Below, in pieces: positions 50,694 to 62,085 of a stretch of DNA of 64,000 nt (position 1 is its first letter; every line of letters starts with the position of its first letter). This DNA comes from Fistulifera solaris. Taxonomy: Eukaryota. The stretch is taken from the NCBI GenBank assembly GCA_030295235.1, contig AP026126.1:1798001-1862000 (forward strand). The letters are read 5' to 3'. The translations under genes and the position numbers were made by a program. Below the pieces are notes generated by a model that did not search any database, was not told where the DNA came from, and saw nothing but the letters and a program-made list of their open reading frames with translations.

Positions 50694-51770
50694 TCACCAT
50701 TGGTTGGGGTTTACTCGAATGGTCATTTCGCCTTCTTTCATGCCATAACCGACAATTGCTTTACAAGCCAACCGCCATCGAGGAGAGTCAGCCAGCATCT
50801 GCTTTTCCGATACACGTTGCGGGTTCAAAAGATCTATGCCACTCTGTACAACAACGCTACATGTTCGACAGAGGCCTGTTCGCAAAGACAAGTGAGAAAA
50901 GAACAAGATCAGCGCAACCACAAGTCGAAGAAAGACTCACCGCCGGCACCACAGTTTCCAGAGTTTTTCGTATCGAACCGTTTAGCAAGCGGATCATTGA
51001 GTTTCACGCCGCGGACTAACATACCCTGTCGCAAGTTTTCTCCAGCAAACAGCTCCAGCGTGACATCTTCTTCGTTTTGACTAGGAGGATAAAGCAGTCG
51101 AACCGATATTTTCGGTTTCCTTCTAATGCGTTTTACTTTTAGTACCCACGTGTCCTCGAAATCCTCTGCGTTTGCAGGAGGTAAGCTTGAAATGGCCTCT
51201 ACCGTGGCCTCGTAATCCAGACATTCCGTCGCAATTGTGTATTCTTCAACCATTGCTTTTCCCTCTGACAGTTTTTTTCGCAGTTCGTACTAATCCAACA
51301 ACCGCTACAGAATCACCATAAAGAATTGATGCACCTTCGGCCGATGCAGCAGCTCCAGAAACTTCCGATACGATGGTGATGCCCAATCCATCGCCTCTTC
51401 CTCCGGCGAGTTCGACTAACGAAAGGCCTAGTCCTTCCTCTGGATTCCGTGGGAAATTGATTGTGATGCTGTCGATGAAATATTCTGGTGACTGGCACGC
51501 AAGAGCCACTTTCGCCGTGTTTTCGTTTGCTTTTTGTACGAAATTGGCTTTCCATTCCCCCACAATTTCATCACGTGGGATATTGTAAAGATCCATGTCG
51601 ACAGAAGCCGGACCAGCGCCTTGTAGTATTTGAGTGGCTACGTTCTTCGTAGTTCCTCCAAATGGTGAAGACAAAGGCAGCACGGGCTGTAGCAGTAATA
51701 GAGATATCATCGCTCGCATGATGGGAGGGCAGCAAATTGGTCGTTGAGTCTTTGCTAATCGTCGTTTCAT
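50694..51770 (-). CDS. PDZ-like plus 2Fe-2S ferredoxin-domain protein, possibly plastid-targeted
   Basis: GLGLSLVEL PDZ-like loop; GENLR..., NCGAGGLCRTC...WRLAC. Intron 50876-50940 and frameshift at T7 51272-51278. Confidence 0.85.
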
Positions 51771-51980
51771 GATTCAAACACGCTGATATAGCTCTCAGGT
51801 ATTTTATCACCTAGCTCTCATCCACTGAGGAATTAATCCAGGTAGCAACAAGAGATGAGATTGTAGAAGAACATCAACATAATAAAAGAAACCGCTTTCT
51901 CTCATTGCATTTTTTCGGCTCCTTTTACAGCTTCAAGCCTCCCATTGTGATGACGTAGGACGTTGCGTCACTGTGAGGGA

Positions 51981-52212
51981 TTTTCACGTCTCGAGAAAAT
52001 GTGGCAGTGTGCTGTTTTCACGTCCCCAGAAAATGTGGGCATGTGGCTTTTCACGTGCCCAGAAAATGTGAGCATGTGGCTTTTCACGTGCCCAGAAAAT
52101 GTGGGCATGTGGCTTTTCACGTACCCAGAAAATGTGAGCATGTGGCTTTTCACGTCCCCAGAAAATGTGGGTAAGTGATGTTTTCACTTGCACAAAAAGT
52201 CTGGGAGTGTGG
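51981..52212. repeat. 33-bp minisatellite, five conserved plus two degenerate copies
   Basis: ttttcacgtNcccagaaaatgtgRgcatgtggc at 52015, 52048, 52081, 52114 and 52147; degenerate copies at 51981 and 52181. Confidence 0.97.
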
Positions 52213-52706
52213 TGTTATGAATTTCATTTCAGTAAGCACCAACAACAGTGACAATAAGAAAATACATTGATCGTTATACAATACACAATTGCGTGAGGGT
52301 GGAGATCCATTGCTCCAATAGCGTGAAGAGAGCGGAATGCATCATCCCAGTATATTGTCTTCCACTTTTAATAATGTCAATCGCTATTCTTTAACTTGAA
52401 AGGCTATTCGTTTACCCTAATATTTTGCCGATGATGATCTAGGAGGATGAAAATAATCTTAGCAAATATTCGCAATGATCCTTAAAGATTCGTATCGTAC
52501 CGGTATTCGAAGAAGCAGTTTCTGTCATATAGTGAATACAATGCTGCCACGACGTTCATAACGACCACAAAAACCGCCAACGCAGCGTTCGGTGCCGAGA
52601 TTGTCGGGTTCGTTTTCATTCCTTCTTTACACACGGTTGAATTTGGAAGGCGTCAAAACCATATTTTGGGATTGCAGCCCCTCTTAAGTCAAACATCAAA
52701 ACGACG

Positions 52707-54018
52707 ATGCGAATACTCATTCCCCTGTTCGCTTATTTGTTTTGCTCTCATTCTGTCCGAGGTTTTTCTCCCAAAAATAGACGATTCAACAAAATTACGC
52801 AGCTTTCTGTATCTACATCTGCTGACGAGATGACCAAAGAAACCCAATTCGGTAAGTCGACGTGCAACGTTCCAATTGGATTGATTTTTTCAGCAAAGGT
52901 CTCATTTGTGCTTATTGCTTTCTTTCAGCCGATAAAACCCGCTCGAACGTGGAAGAGTATTACGGCAAGACGCTTCAAACATCGAGCGATCTCAAGACCA
53001 ACGCGTGTATAACGGCTGGCCGTCCCCCCAAATTCATTCGGGAATGTTTGAAAAACGTCCATCCTACTGTCATGGCAAAATACTACGGATGTGGTTTGTG
53101 CATTCCTCAGTATGATTTGACCGGTTGCAATATTTTGGATTTGGGCTGTGGAGCCGGTCGCGATGTGTACCTTGCCGCTCAATTGGTGGGCGCCAACGGC
53201 CGCGTAGTAGGAGTCGATATGACGGATGCCCAGCTAGATGTCGCTCGAGAGTATCAGGATTATCATGCCGAAAAATTTGGTTACAAAAACACGGCATTCT
53301 ACAAAGGATACCTGGAGTCGTTGAGCGACGTCAAAGAGTTGGAAAAGGGATCCTTTGACGTCATTATTAGTAATTGTGTCATTAACTTGTGCACGGATAA
53401 GGAAGCGGTGCTCAAGTCGTGCTTTGAATTGCTCAAGCCGGGCGGAGAATTGTACTTTTCCGACGTGTACTCGAATCGTCGAGTTCCTCAAGTTCTGAGG
53501 GAAGATAGTGTCCTTTGGGGAGAATGTATTAGCGGAGCACTTTACTGGAACGATTTTGAGAATTTGGCCAAAAGTGCGGATTCCCTGATCCTCGTCTTGT
53601 GGAAGATGCTCCCGTGACTATTAAGAATAAAGATGTCCAGGAACTGGTGGAGAATCAAGGACACGGTGGCCTCGAGTTTTATTCGGCAACCTATCGACTC
53701 TTTAAAATGGACGAAACTTTGCTTGAGCCGGCTTGTGAAGACTACGGACAGGCTGTCATTTACAAAGGCACGATCCCGCGCGCTGCAACCAAATGGACGT
53801 TAGACAAAGGACACGTCTTTGAACAGGGCAAAGTGCATCCTGTTTGCGGAAATACATACAATATGTGCAAGCACAATCCAAAGATCGCTCCGCACTTTGA
53901 ATTCATCGGCGATTTTAGCACACATTACGGCATCTTCGAGGGATGTGGTGGTGGTCTCCCGTATGAACGAAATGGTGCGTCGGTTGACAAAAGCGGAGGA
54001 GCAGCGTCATGCTGTTAG
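52707..54018 (+). CDS. AS3MT: Arsenite S-adenosylmethionine methyltransferase
   Basis: YYGKTLQTSSDLKTNAC, YYGCG, LDLGCGAGRD, GVDMT, ISNCVINL, LWGECISGALYW, VCGNT, terminal CC. Intron 52852-52928 and frameshift at A4 53570-53573. Confidence 0.95.
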
Positions 54019-54507
54019 ATTGTTTGTCTCATGCATTCAGCCGGAGAAATTACGTACTTTATTCAAGTCTTGTCATAGTGATATATATATCTATATAAGG
54101 AGTGCCAACTGAAACCGACTTATGCTGCCTTCTCATGATTAGTCCATGGCTATAAGGAACGAATGATGCATTCACTACGAAAGTCATTCAAGCTCGTGCA
54201 GCACACATTATCTTGATGTGACCTAGCTGGAGCAATGGTTCTAATATTAGCATAGTTATTGTTCAAGAGCTGTCAATTGTCAAGAGCTAAGCTTATATCC
54301 CCATTGAAAATCGTAGTATCTGATACATATCGGACGTCGGGTCCTCTAGATGAAATCCCATTATTCAACGACATGTCTTTCCATTCTCCAATGCAAGGCC
54401 CCTGAAGTAAACAAGACGACAGCTGGGCCATTTAGCGGTTATACATGGCGGGTCGGACAAACTTGGAAGTCGTTAAAATTATCCATACAAACCATTTCAG
54501 GGATAGC

Positions 54508-55601
54508 TCATTCAACAAATGTCTTCCCTTGACGTTCGGTAATATGTTTAACAAAGTTGATTTGCTCCTCTTGGCTCACCACGAATTTATTGACTCCCAA
54601 AAGCATGACTTCTTCCACAACTTCCTCTTCCGTCGCATTCACCAATAGACGGGCTTTCACTGGCGATCCTGGTAAGTCCAAATACATCAACTCCTCACAC
54701 AAGGAGAGTACCTGATCCGTATCTACCGAAGGCGTTTGCGAAAGCCAGATGATCGTCTCGTCTTGTGCTGTTGTCTCTTCGTCAATGATTCGTGCTAGGT
54801 CCGTCGCAATCATAATTGGCTCTTCTGCGAAGCATTCGTCATCCAGCGCAAAGGTAATGCTTTGGTTCTCGAATACCATTTCTCCTCTGTTTTCTAGTTG
54901 CTGAAAGGGTACGACTCGACTGAAGCGGCGGTTTCGCTCAATATCTCGCGGAGTTGCCGTGGAGGAGAAGATTCGGAACTCTGTCGGTATTTCATCATCA
55001 ATGTTTTCAAGCTCATTGACGATTAGTCCCTGTATCCCGGATGAATTCCAATGACGTTTCATTGAATCAAGCTGTATTTCTCGTAAATCAAGAAACAAAG
55101 ATATTTCCTTTTCGTTGTGCACCGATACATGCATTCCCGATTGCGAATCGTAGTAGGTCGACAAAAAAATAATGTGGGCGAAGAACGACTGGAAAACATC
55201 GAGGAGTCGACTTTTCGAGGCATCGAGCAAGAAATCTCCCTTTAACATTGTATCTTGAACAATAGTTCCACGTTCAATGCAGATTCATCGTGATTTTGAT
55301 GGACATGATGTAAACATACCTTAGTATAACATGATCGTTTCTCGTGTTTTTGCCATTTTTCAGTTCTGCACAAGTCACGCGTGTCAACGTTGAATGCCGC
55401 AACGACGTCTGTATCAGCGCTTTCAAGTACTCCGTACGTTTTAGCTGTAGCACTTCGCTGTCCTACCAGGGTACTTTGTATATCTTCATTGCTTCGCGCT
55501 TCATCACGCATCTTCCGAAACGTAGTTGCAAGTTGCAAGGCAAAACCACGAGTTTTCAAGAAGAGTAAAAAAACAACAACCTGACGACAAGGACGATTCA
55601 T
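54508..55601 (-). CDS. Hypothetical protein with possible signal peptide
   Basis: ORFs 55242-55643 and 54508-55248 abut, with one frameshift at ~55250. Confidence 0.55.
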
Positions 55602-55673
55602 TCGGTAGAGAGATACAGCATATCGAAATCGTTCATCCCTCATCTGCCATTGACTTCAAATAACAACTGCAGG

Positions 55674-56456
55674 ATGTCTTCGACAACAAAGAAACGCAAA
55701 GCAGACACAAATGTGCACGCTACTTCCGGCAACAAAAAGCACCCTACAGAGTCAAATGCCGACGACCCCAAGACAGCCCGCGCAACCTTCCACGCTGAAG
55801 TGAAATACAAACAATTGTCGCTTCAAGATATTCATGACCGCATTCAAGCACTATGTCGTCGTGTTCCTGAGATTCCAGAGTCTAACTTTGCACTCTCCAA
55901 TCACAAGAAGAACGGTTTTACCGAAAAATCTGGTGACGCAGCCGAAAGCACCGTTCCGCTCCCAAAAAATCCGTGTCCGTATGACAAGGAAGAGATACGC
56001 AAATGGGCTGCTTCTCTGCAAATTGTGATTGAAGAATTTAATCTTCTCGTTTCCTGTGTAAGTCCTGCGACTTATATTTGGGGAACCGATCGATCCGGAG
56101 CCGCGGAGCAAAATCTCTCGTTGTTATCTGGGGAATTGATACGGTCGCAAGAACAAATCATGGCTCGTGTCACGCCAAGATTGAATGATGTGTTGGCACC
56201 GGTCGTCACGCTCGTGACCGACAAGACGGTCACTAAGAAACTACCCGACGGTACGGAAATCAAGCAAAACTACTTTGCTACTACTTTGGAAGATCCCGAA
56301 TACGTGGATATGTGCTTTACGATTCTCGCCAGAAACGCTCCGTTGTTGCGACAGGTACTGTTGGCGAACTATGACAAGTTGTTGCAGTCGATAGAAGACT
56401 ATTTAGCCGCTCAACACAAAGATAGTCAACACGACGCGCGTGGATTTGTGTATTAA
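55674..56456 (+). CDS. Hypothetical protein with basic N-terminus
   Basis: ~260-aa intact ORF with NLS-like KKRK. Confidence 0.75.
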   Translation: MSSTTKKRKADTNVHATSGNKKHPTESNADDPKTARATFHAEVKYKQLSLQDIHDRIQALCRRVPEIPESNFALSNHKKNGFTEKSGDAAESTVPLPKNPCPYDKEEIRKWAASLQIVIEEFNLLVSCVSPATYIWGTDRSGAAEQNLSLLSGELIRSQEQIMARVTPRLNDVLAPVVTLVTDKTVTKKLPDGTEIKQNYFATTLEDPEYVDMCFTILARNAPLLRQVLLANYDKLLQSIEDYLAAQHKDSQHDARGFVY

Positions 56457-56598
56457 AAGGTTTCATCGTTTTCTAGGGGAAAAGTTCAACTCTAACCTCT
56501 ACTGGATTATTTACGATTTACGACATAAATAAGAAATGTTCTTGTGTTGAATTTTGGATGAATTAGTACGTAGAAAAAAATTATTTTGTTAGTTTTTC

Positions 56599-56895
56599 TC
56601 ATGCATAGAAATGTGAAGAAAGTTGGGGTGACCATGAGACTCGTTTACGATGGCAAAATTTTTGTGTTGCATCGCTGTCGTTACTCTCGTCGTCTGGGTA
56701 GGTGTGTAAATAGGCGTAAATATCACGAGCAAGCGTTGTCGAAGCACCGTCAGTACCTCGGTCTTCGTCAATAGAAAGCTCGAATGCTGCATCTTTCGAG
56801 TAGATAATGGTGACCGCTGGTTGCTCGTCATTTCCTTGCCAACCATCCATTGGCGACAAGGCATCATTCTTTGATACTTGGGTGTATCTCACCAT
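56599..56895 (-). CDS. Small hypothetical protein
   Basis: MVRYTQ... ORF ending RKRVSWSPQL. Confidence 0.4.
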   Translation of the reverse strand: MVRYTQVSKNDALSPMDGWQGNDEQPAVTIIYSKDAAFELSIDEDRGTDGASTTLARDIYAYLHTYPDDESNDSDATQKFCHRKRVSWSPQLSSHFYA

Positions 56896-56942
56896 GGCTG
56901 CAATCAAAATAGGGAGCAGTGAGCAAATGGGGCTGTATATAC

Positions 56943-58061
56943 TCAAAATATTGTGTCGATGAGAAACCAAATGGCTGGGGAACTCGATAAAAGGCCACTG
57001 CCCATAATCCACCTTAACAGGTCGGAACCTGCGGGCGTCAAATGTGTCAAGTCGAGAACACACGCTTTGGCCGACACGAGATTGCTCGGCCTCTTTATCG
57101 ATTCCTCACCAAAGAGGTTGCGCGAAAGGCTGGCCAGTTTGGCGCCCTTGGAGCGTTCTGGTAGCATCGACTTCTCAGACTTTGAAATAAAGCCGAAAAC
57201 GACAGAGGGCGACAGGCCCTTATCATCTCTGATGATGGTGCTTGATGGAGAAGATCTTGATTGCGTACGATGATTCATCGTCTCAACCCATCGTCTACTG
57301 CGATTTTCTGATGACTTTGGCAATGTTCCCATGTCGATTTGATCGACGCATTGACCAGCTCTCGTGATCGATATTACTGTTCTTCGCCGAATCTTTTTGA
57401 CAATCGGACGAACGTCGACTTTGTCTAGAGACTCTCCGTCCTCGTCTGACTCATGCGACTGGGAGCCGGATGATCCTTCATCGGAGCTGCTCTCTTCCGA
57501 GTCATAAGTACTTCTCTCAAGAAAGCCAGAATGGTCCGAGAAATCCGATTCCATGAGGGCTGAAAAGAGAGAGTGCTCTGATCGAGCTCTGCAGACTGAT
57601 CAGCCAAGGTATCATCATAAGACACGGAATAGTCATAACTGACATTATGATTGTGTGGCGACTCAAAAACGTTCTTTTTGGCCCTGCTTTGTTTCTCCCT
57701 AGATGGATTATAGGTAATATTCCTTTTCATCGTATGAAGACGCTTCCTGGATTGTGCACGTTGCAAATCAACATTATCGACAACAAGACAATCAAATGCT
57801 TTTATCCAAGATTCTGTTGCATGGCAAGGAGGTAAGATTTATCGCTTCGATAAAGAAAAGCGAACGGAGTCGAATCACCAGAACGACAGAAATGAACTTA
57901 CTCATCATAGCCTTTGATTTATTCGGATCGCACGAGAAACCTTTCATCATGAGATCAACGATATTTAGACATGCTGTACTCGTTGCATCGATTGTCATGT
58001 CGAACAAGTTCCCCTCATCGTGACTGACGTCGGATTCGTATGAGCTGATAGACAGTGACAT
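56943..58061 (-). CDS. Hypothetical Ser-rich disordered protein (fragmented by frameshifts)
   Basis: Consecutive same-strand ORFs 57792-58061, 57425-57766 and 56943-57554. Confidence 0.45.
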
Positions 58062-58728
58062 TTTCTATGTACGTCGAAAGAAATTCGTGGTGAGTGTGTC
58101 GAATAATTCTATCGACAACCAAAAAGAGAACGAATAATGTCAAGGCATTGCATGGAAGGAAGATCGCGTTTTGAATTTTGGAAACAAATGGATTTCAAAT
58201 CGGTTGAATGGCACTCCACTTAATCGTGTAATGTACGCATTGCGCGCCCGCCCGCCACAGACTGCTATGTTTTTCGTTGCGCTGACTTTTTCAAAACTAA
58301 AACGAACAAGGGTGTGTACTTTGAACATCATACTCCTCTGTTTTAGGCAACGGTCATTGCTAGGGAGCTTGATGTTTTTAGCTAAAGCAAGGGAACGTAA
58401 ATCAGCAGCTCCCCACATCTTCAAACTTTTAAGGGTTAGATTTTTAGTGAGCAACAAATGGATCAATGCTGACTGATGCGATGTTTCGTTCCATTAACGA
58501 GCCACAACAAACAACAATAGAACTACATAGTTCTCGTCAGTCTCCATCGATTTCTTCGTATTCTTTAAAATCAAGATTTCGAACGGCAAACATGCATAAG
58601 CATGCATTAGGTTCAATCTTCTAAGAATTTTTCACACTACTATTGATACGATTCAAAGAAACGAGCACAGACAATTTCTCACCAACCACAATACCATTAA
58701 CAATGCTTCTCATTATGCCACTATTGCA

Positions 58729-59692
58729 CTAAAGCTCGTCGCCCGATGTCATAAGGTTCCCCAAAACAGGAATGTTCTTCACAAGCCCTTTCTCTTGCAG
58801 TTTGATACCTCCAAAGAATGACACGATCGAAAAAAGAAATACGAGAAGGAATGTGACACCTGCATTGGGTTTAGCACTACTATTTCCGGCCGCACGTCCA
58901 CGTCCGGATGCGTTGTCTTGCGCCGCAGTCTTCGACAATTCGCGATTCAAATCACGCTTCGTTTGCTCGAGAGTATTGTTGAGCATGTCGCGCTCTGCGG
59001 TAAGGTTGACTGAAAACGCGACCAGTTCATCGTACTTGCGACGCATGTTGGTAAGTTCCGCTTTCGCTTGGTCTTGCGTCAAATTTTCGATGGGTTCCCG
59101 ACTGATCGAACTATTTCCACGATCTCCATCGCTGGTTCCGGACTTACTGCTACCAGCAACGACATGTTTGACATGAAGTTTCTTGTTGGCGACTGCGGAG
59201 GTAGAAGTCGACGGAGTACTACCGACTGTCGCCCAAAGGGAGGTCAATTCATCATAGTCTTTGAGGGACGCCAATTTACTCGCATCTAGAATAGCTACGG
59301 ACTGCACGAGAAATTTATCCTTGGACTGATCCAACGTAGGTTGACCCAAGCGCTCGTACGATTGCAACAAAGAGTTCTTTTCCTTCTCGACGAGCAAGAT
59401 TTGCACTGTTTGCGCGCCACCAGGCTCAATTAGTCCTTGGTTTGGGCGGACCAAGTAACGCCGAGGCTGTGTTGTTTTGACCTGGTAAATGAAAGTGATA
59501 TGATTGGAAAGTACGAGATAATAATATCAGCATTGTGTGGCCGTTTGCACCTACCTTGAATGCGATAGGTGCGCTCGACGCATCCGGATGTCGTAATTCT
59601 AAGGCGCAAGTTGGGGATTGCTCTTGACTCGACAGCGTAAACTGCAGCGTCGAGTCCGGATTGAGATCTAATACAGCGTCTGCGACCGACAT
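58729..59692 (-). CDS. VAP: VAMP-associated protein (MSP domain, coiled coil, C-terminal TM)
   Basis: IAFKVKTTQPRRYLVRPNQG across intron 59482-59554; KDKFLVQ; C-terminal TM; ends GDEL. Confidence 0.93.
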
Positions 59693-60965
59693 TGAAAAAT
59701 TGTTTATGAGTGTGTCGCAAGTAAAAAGGATTCGCTGACAACGACTTTGGCAGCTTGCGAATGTACCCAATAATCGAGTCTTTGCTTTTCGCTGCAACAT
59801 GCGCGTTGCGCAACGGTGACGATGAGCTATTCAATACGTTGCTCTAGAGAGACAATACATTGTCGTATCGCGTACCAACGGACAATAGCTTATAACCTTA
59901 GTTTTGTTTCGGATACCGGTACAGTACCAGGTACCATGCTTTGTACTCCGTAGTATTTTGTGTTTTATGGCTAATGACGATGATTCATGACTGACGACGA
60001 CTCCTCATAACATGAGAAAGAAACTTACCTTATTAGTATTTATTTTCACCGATTTTATGACTGATTAGTCTATTTAATTCCCGAAGGCAGACAGAGGTAA
60101 GGTTAGAAAGATCCGCTAAGATCTGGGATGAGAAGAATCGAAGCAAAATGTGAGGACAAAAGAAGAAGAGTAAACACTAAGAAGCATTGCGTCAGATATT
60201 CAATAGAGTCTATAGTCATTTAAAAAAGGATCCTGTCGGTATTAATACAGGTAGATAAACCTTCAACGCCATCACGAACCAGCTACTCGTTGTTAAGAAT
60301 GGTCATGACTCATGACTCATAGTTGGTGACTGGTGACTAACTGGAAAATCCAACCATTGTACACAAAACCGCAAAGAAAAAATGATTAGAAAATAATAGA
60401 AAAGCATTTTTGGCTGACAAAAACAGACACTGTGAAGTCTTAAAGATTAAATGCTTTCTGATTTCTGACACCTTAGCTACCGGAGTAGTTTTTAAAGGAT
60501 ACCAGGTAAAGGCCGGAATTCAGATTTATGGAAGACGTACTATAAAAATGTCTAATTCTTGTTGGACCTTTTTAACGCTCCTTCTGTCTTGGTGGTTGTT
60601 TACTCAAGTTTCAACTTTTTGTCGGTAACAAAAATCTCTGTAGCGAATAATGCGATACATCACGTCCTCAGTTAGGCTAAATAATTCAATCATCTACGAG
60701 TCATGGTTTCATTTTTCATGTGGAAACAAACGCACTCTTCAAGCTTCACGCTTCATTTTAAGACCAAAAACTGTGCACGAAAAAGTTAAAATGACCATAT
60801 GACCAGCATTTGACAGTTGACATTGGTCTTGAGTTTCAATTTTGAGATTGCGGTGGGGTTGTGTGATCTCTTTCATTATTTTGTCTTCCGCCGAGAAGTG
60901 GAGCTCAAGGTCACAAATCACAATTCAATCCATTGCAAGCAAATATCTTTGCGATCAGAAACAAA

Positions 60966-61712
60966 ATGAAGTTCACAGCTCTTTCTTTCTTGGGCCTATT
61001 GGCTCTTGTACAGTCGGAAAACCCATCCTTGCGAGCCGGTCTCGAATTTAAGAACGACGAACGTGAAGCTGGTGCATTGTGTAATGCTGCCGTCCGCAAT
61101 GTCAAGGATAAGCTTGAGGAAAACTTACCTTTTACCTTTGATTGCTCTTGCACGTTCAGACTCTTTCGCCCAATTGACTATAGCTGCTCGTCCAAAGTCT
61201 GCATCCAAGATATCAAGGAAATTCTCGATGTTTCCCAGACACTTCCGCTCACCGATGCCACTTGCATGAACCCTTCAGCCAGTGGTACATTGGCAAAGCG
61301 AACTGGTGCTTTGACCACAAAGGTCTGCTCTGGTTCCTCAGCCATTGTGCTCGATATTCTTCAGATTGAAGCTAAGCTTCAGCAGGAAATATACGACCAG
61401 GATACCTACGAAGTCGTTGTCCCTAGCTCATGCCTCCAGGTGTCACACAACGTGAACGACCTGAATAACTTCACTTCGTGCTCTGCCACTATCGGTAACA
61501 AGAGCTGTGGTTGCACCCCTTGCGAGAATGGTAGTGGCGTCATGCTCGATTGTTCCGCGTTAATCGACGAAATTCTGCCGGAATTTCTCGACGATGCCCT
61601 CTCCTACACTGAAGTATGCCTTCATCCGGGCATTTACGACGATCTCGGACGACAATCGTCAGATCCTCTTGCTCTTGGTTTATTCGGATTGATTCTTTCG
61701 ATGGATGCATAA
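60966..61712 (+). CDS. Secreted Cys-rich protein, possibly membrane- or GPI-anchored
   Basis: Signal peptide MKFTALSFLGLLALVQS; CSC, C.ATIGNKSCGCTPC, LDCS; hydrophobic C-terminus. Confidence 0.75.
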   Translation: MKFTALSFLGLLALVQSENPSLRAGLEFKNDEREAGALCNAAVRNVKDKLEENLPFTFDCSCTFRLFRPIDYSCSSKVCIQDIKEILDVSQTLPLTDATCMNPSASGTLAKRTGALTTKVCSGSSAIVLDILQIEAKLQQEIYDQDTYEVVVPSSCLQVSHNVNDLNNFTSCSATIGNKSCGCTPCENGSGVMLDCSALIDEILPEFLDDALSYTEVCLHPGIYDDLGRQSSDPLALGLFGLILSMDA

Positions 61713-62085
61713 GCCCAGACGCGCTGTTTTGTGCTTTAATTCCATATTCATTTCCTTTATAAATTGGGGAGCTACACGTGTGTTCAAGTAAAAGCTAAAT
61801 GGGGAATACAAATTTATACTACGTACAAGTCTATAACAGTTTTGTCTAGATTGTTCAGGTTTGTTGGCTACATGTTGCAGAGAATGCTGATTGTGCTTGG
61901 CCTTTGACCAACGTAACCATTGGGACTTCCATTCAGTCACCAGACTACACTATGAACTATAGTACATGAAGAGATTTCGCCAAAACCCAGCAAACGACCT
62001 CTTCTTCTTGTTCACATCATGACCATCTCTTGTCGTCTTTGGGGCATTGTCATATCCAAGACGCTCAGTTTAAGGAGGATGGTCA

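Noticed and set aside
51963..52193. Short repetitive ORFs on both strands
   Set aside because: They result from a stop-free 33-bp repeat whose length is a multiple of 3; no other coding evidence.
51981..52212. CRISPR array
   Set aside because: Units are head-to-tail with no unique spacers, there are no cas genes, and the context is eukaryotic.
363..58061. Programmed ribosomal frameshifting or mass pseudogenisation
   Set aside because: Shifts go in both directions, share no slippery motif, sit mainly in homopolymers and come without nonsense mutations, so sequencing error is simpler.
33600..60110. Telomere-like TTAGGG/CCCTAA fragments in intergenic DNA (~33612, 41505, 45903, 47218, 58432, 60100)
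   Set aside because: Single, degenerate copies that cannot be told from chance by eye.
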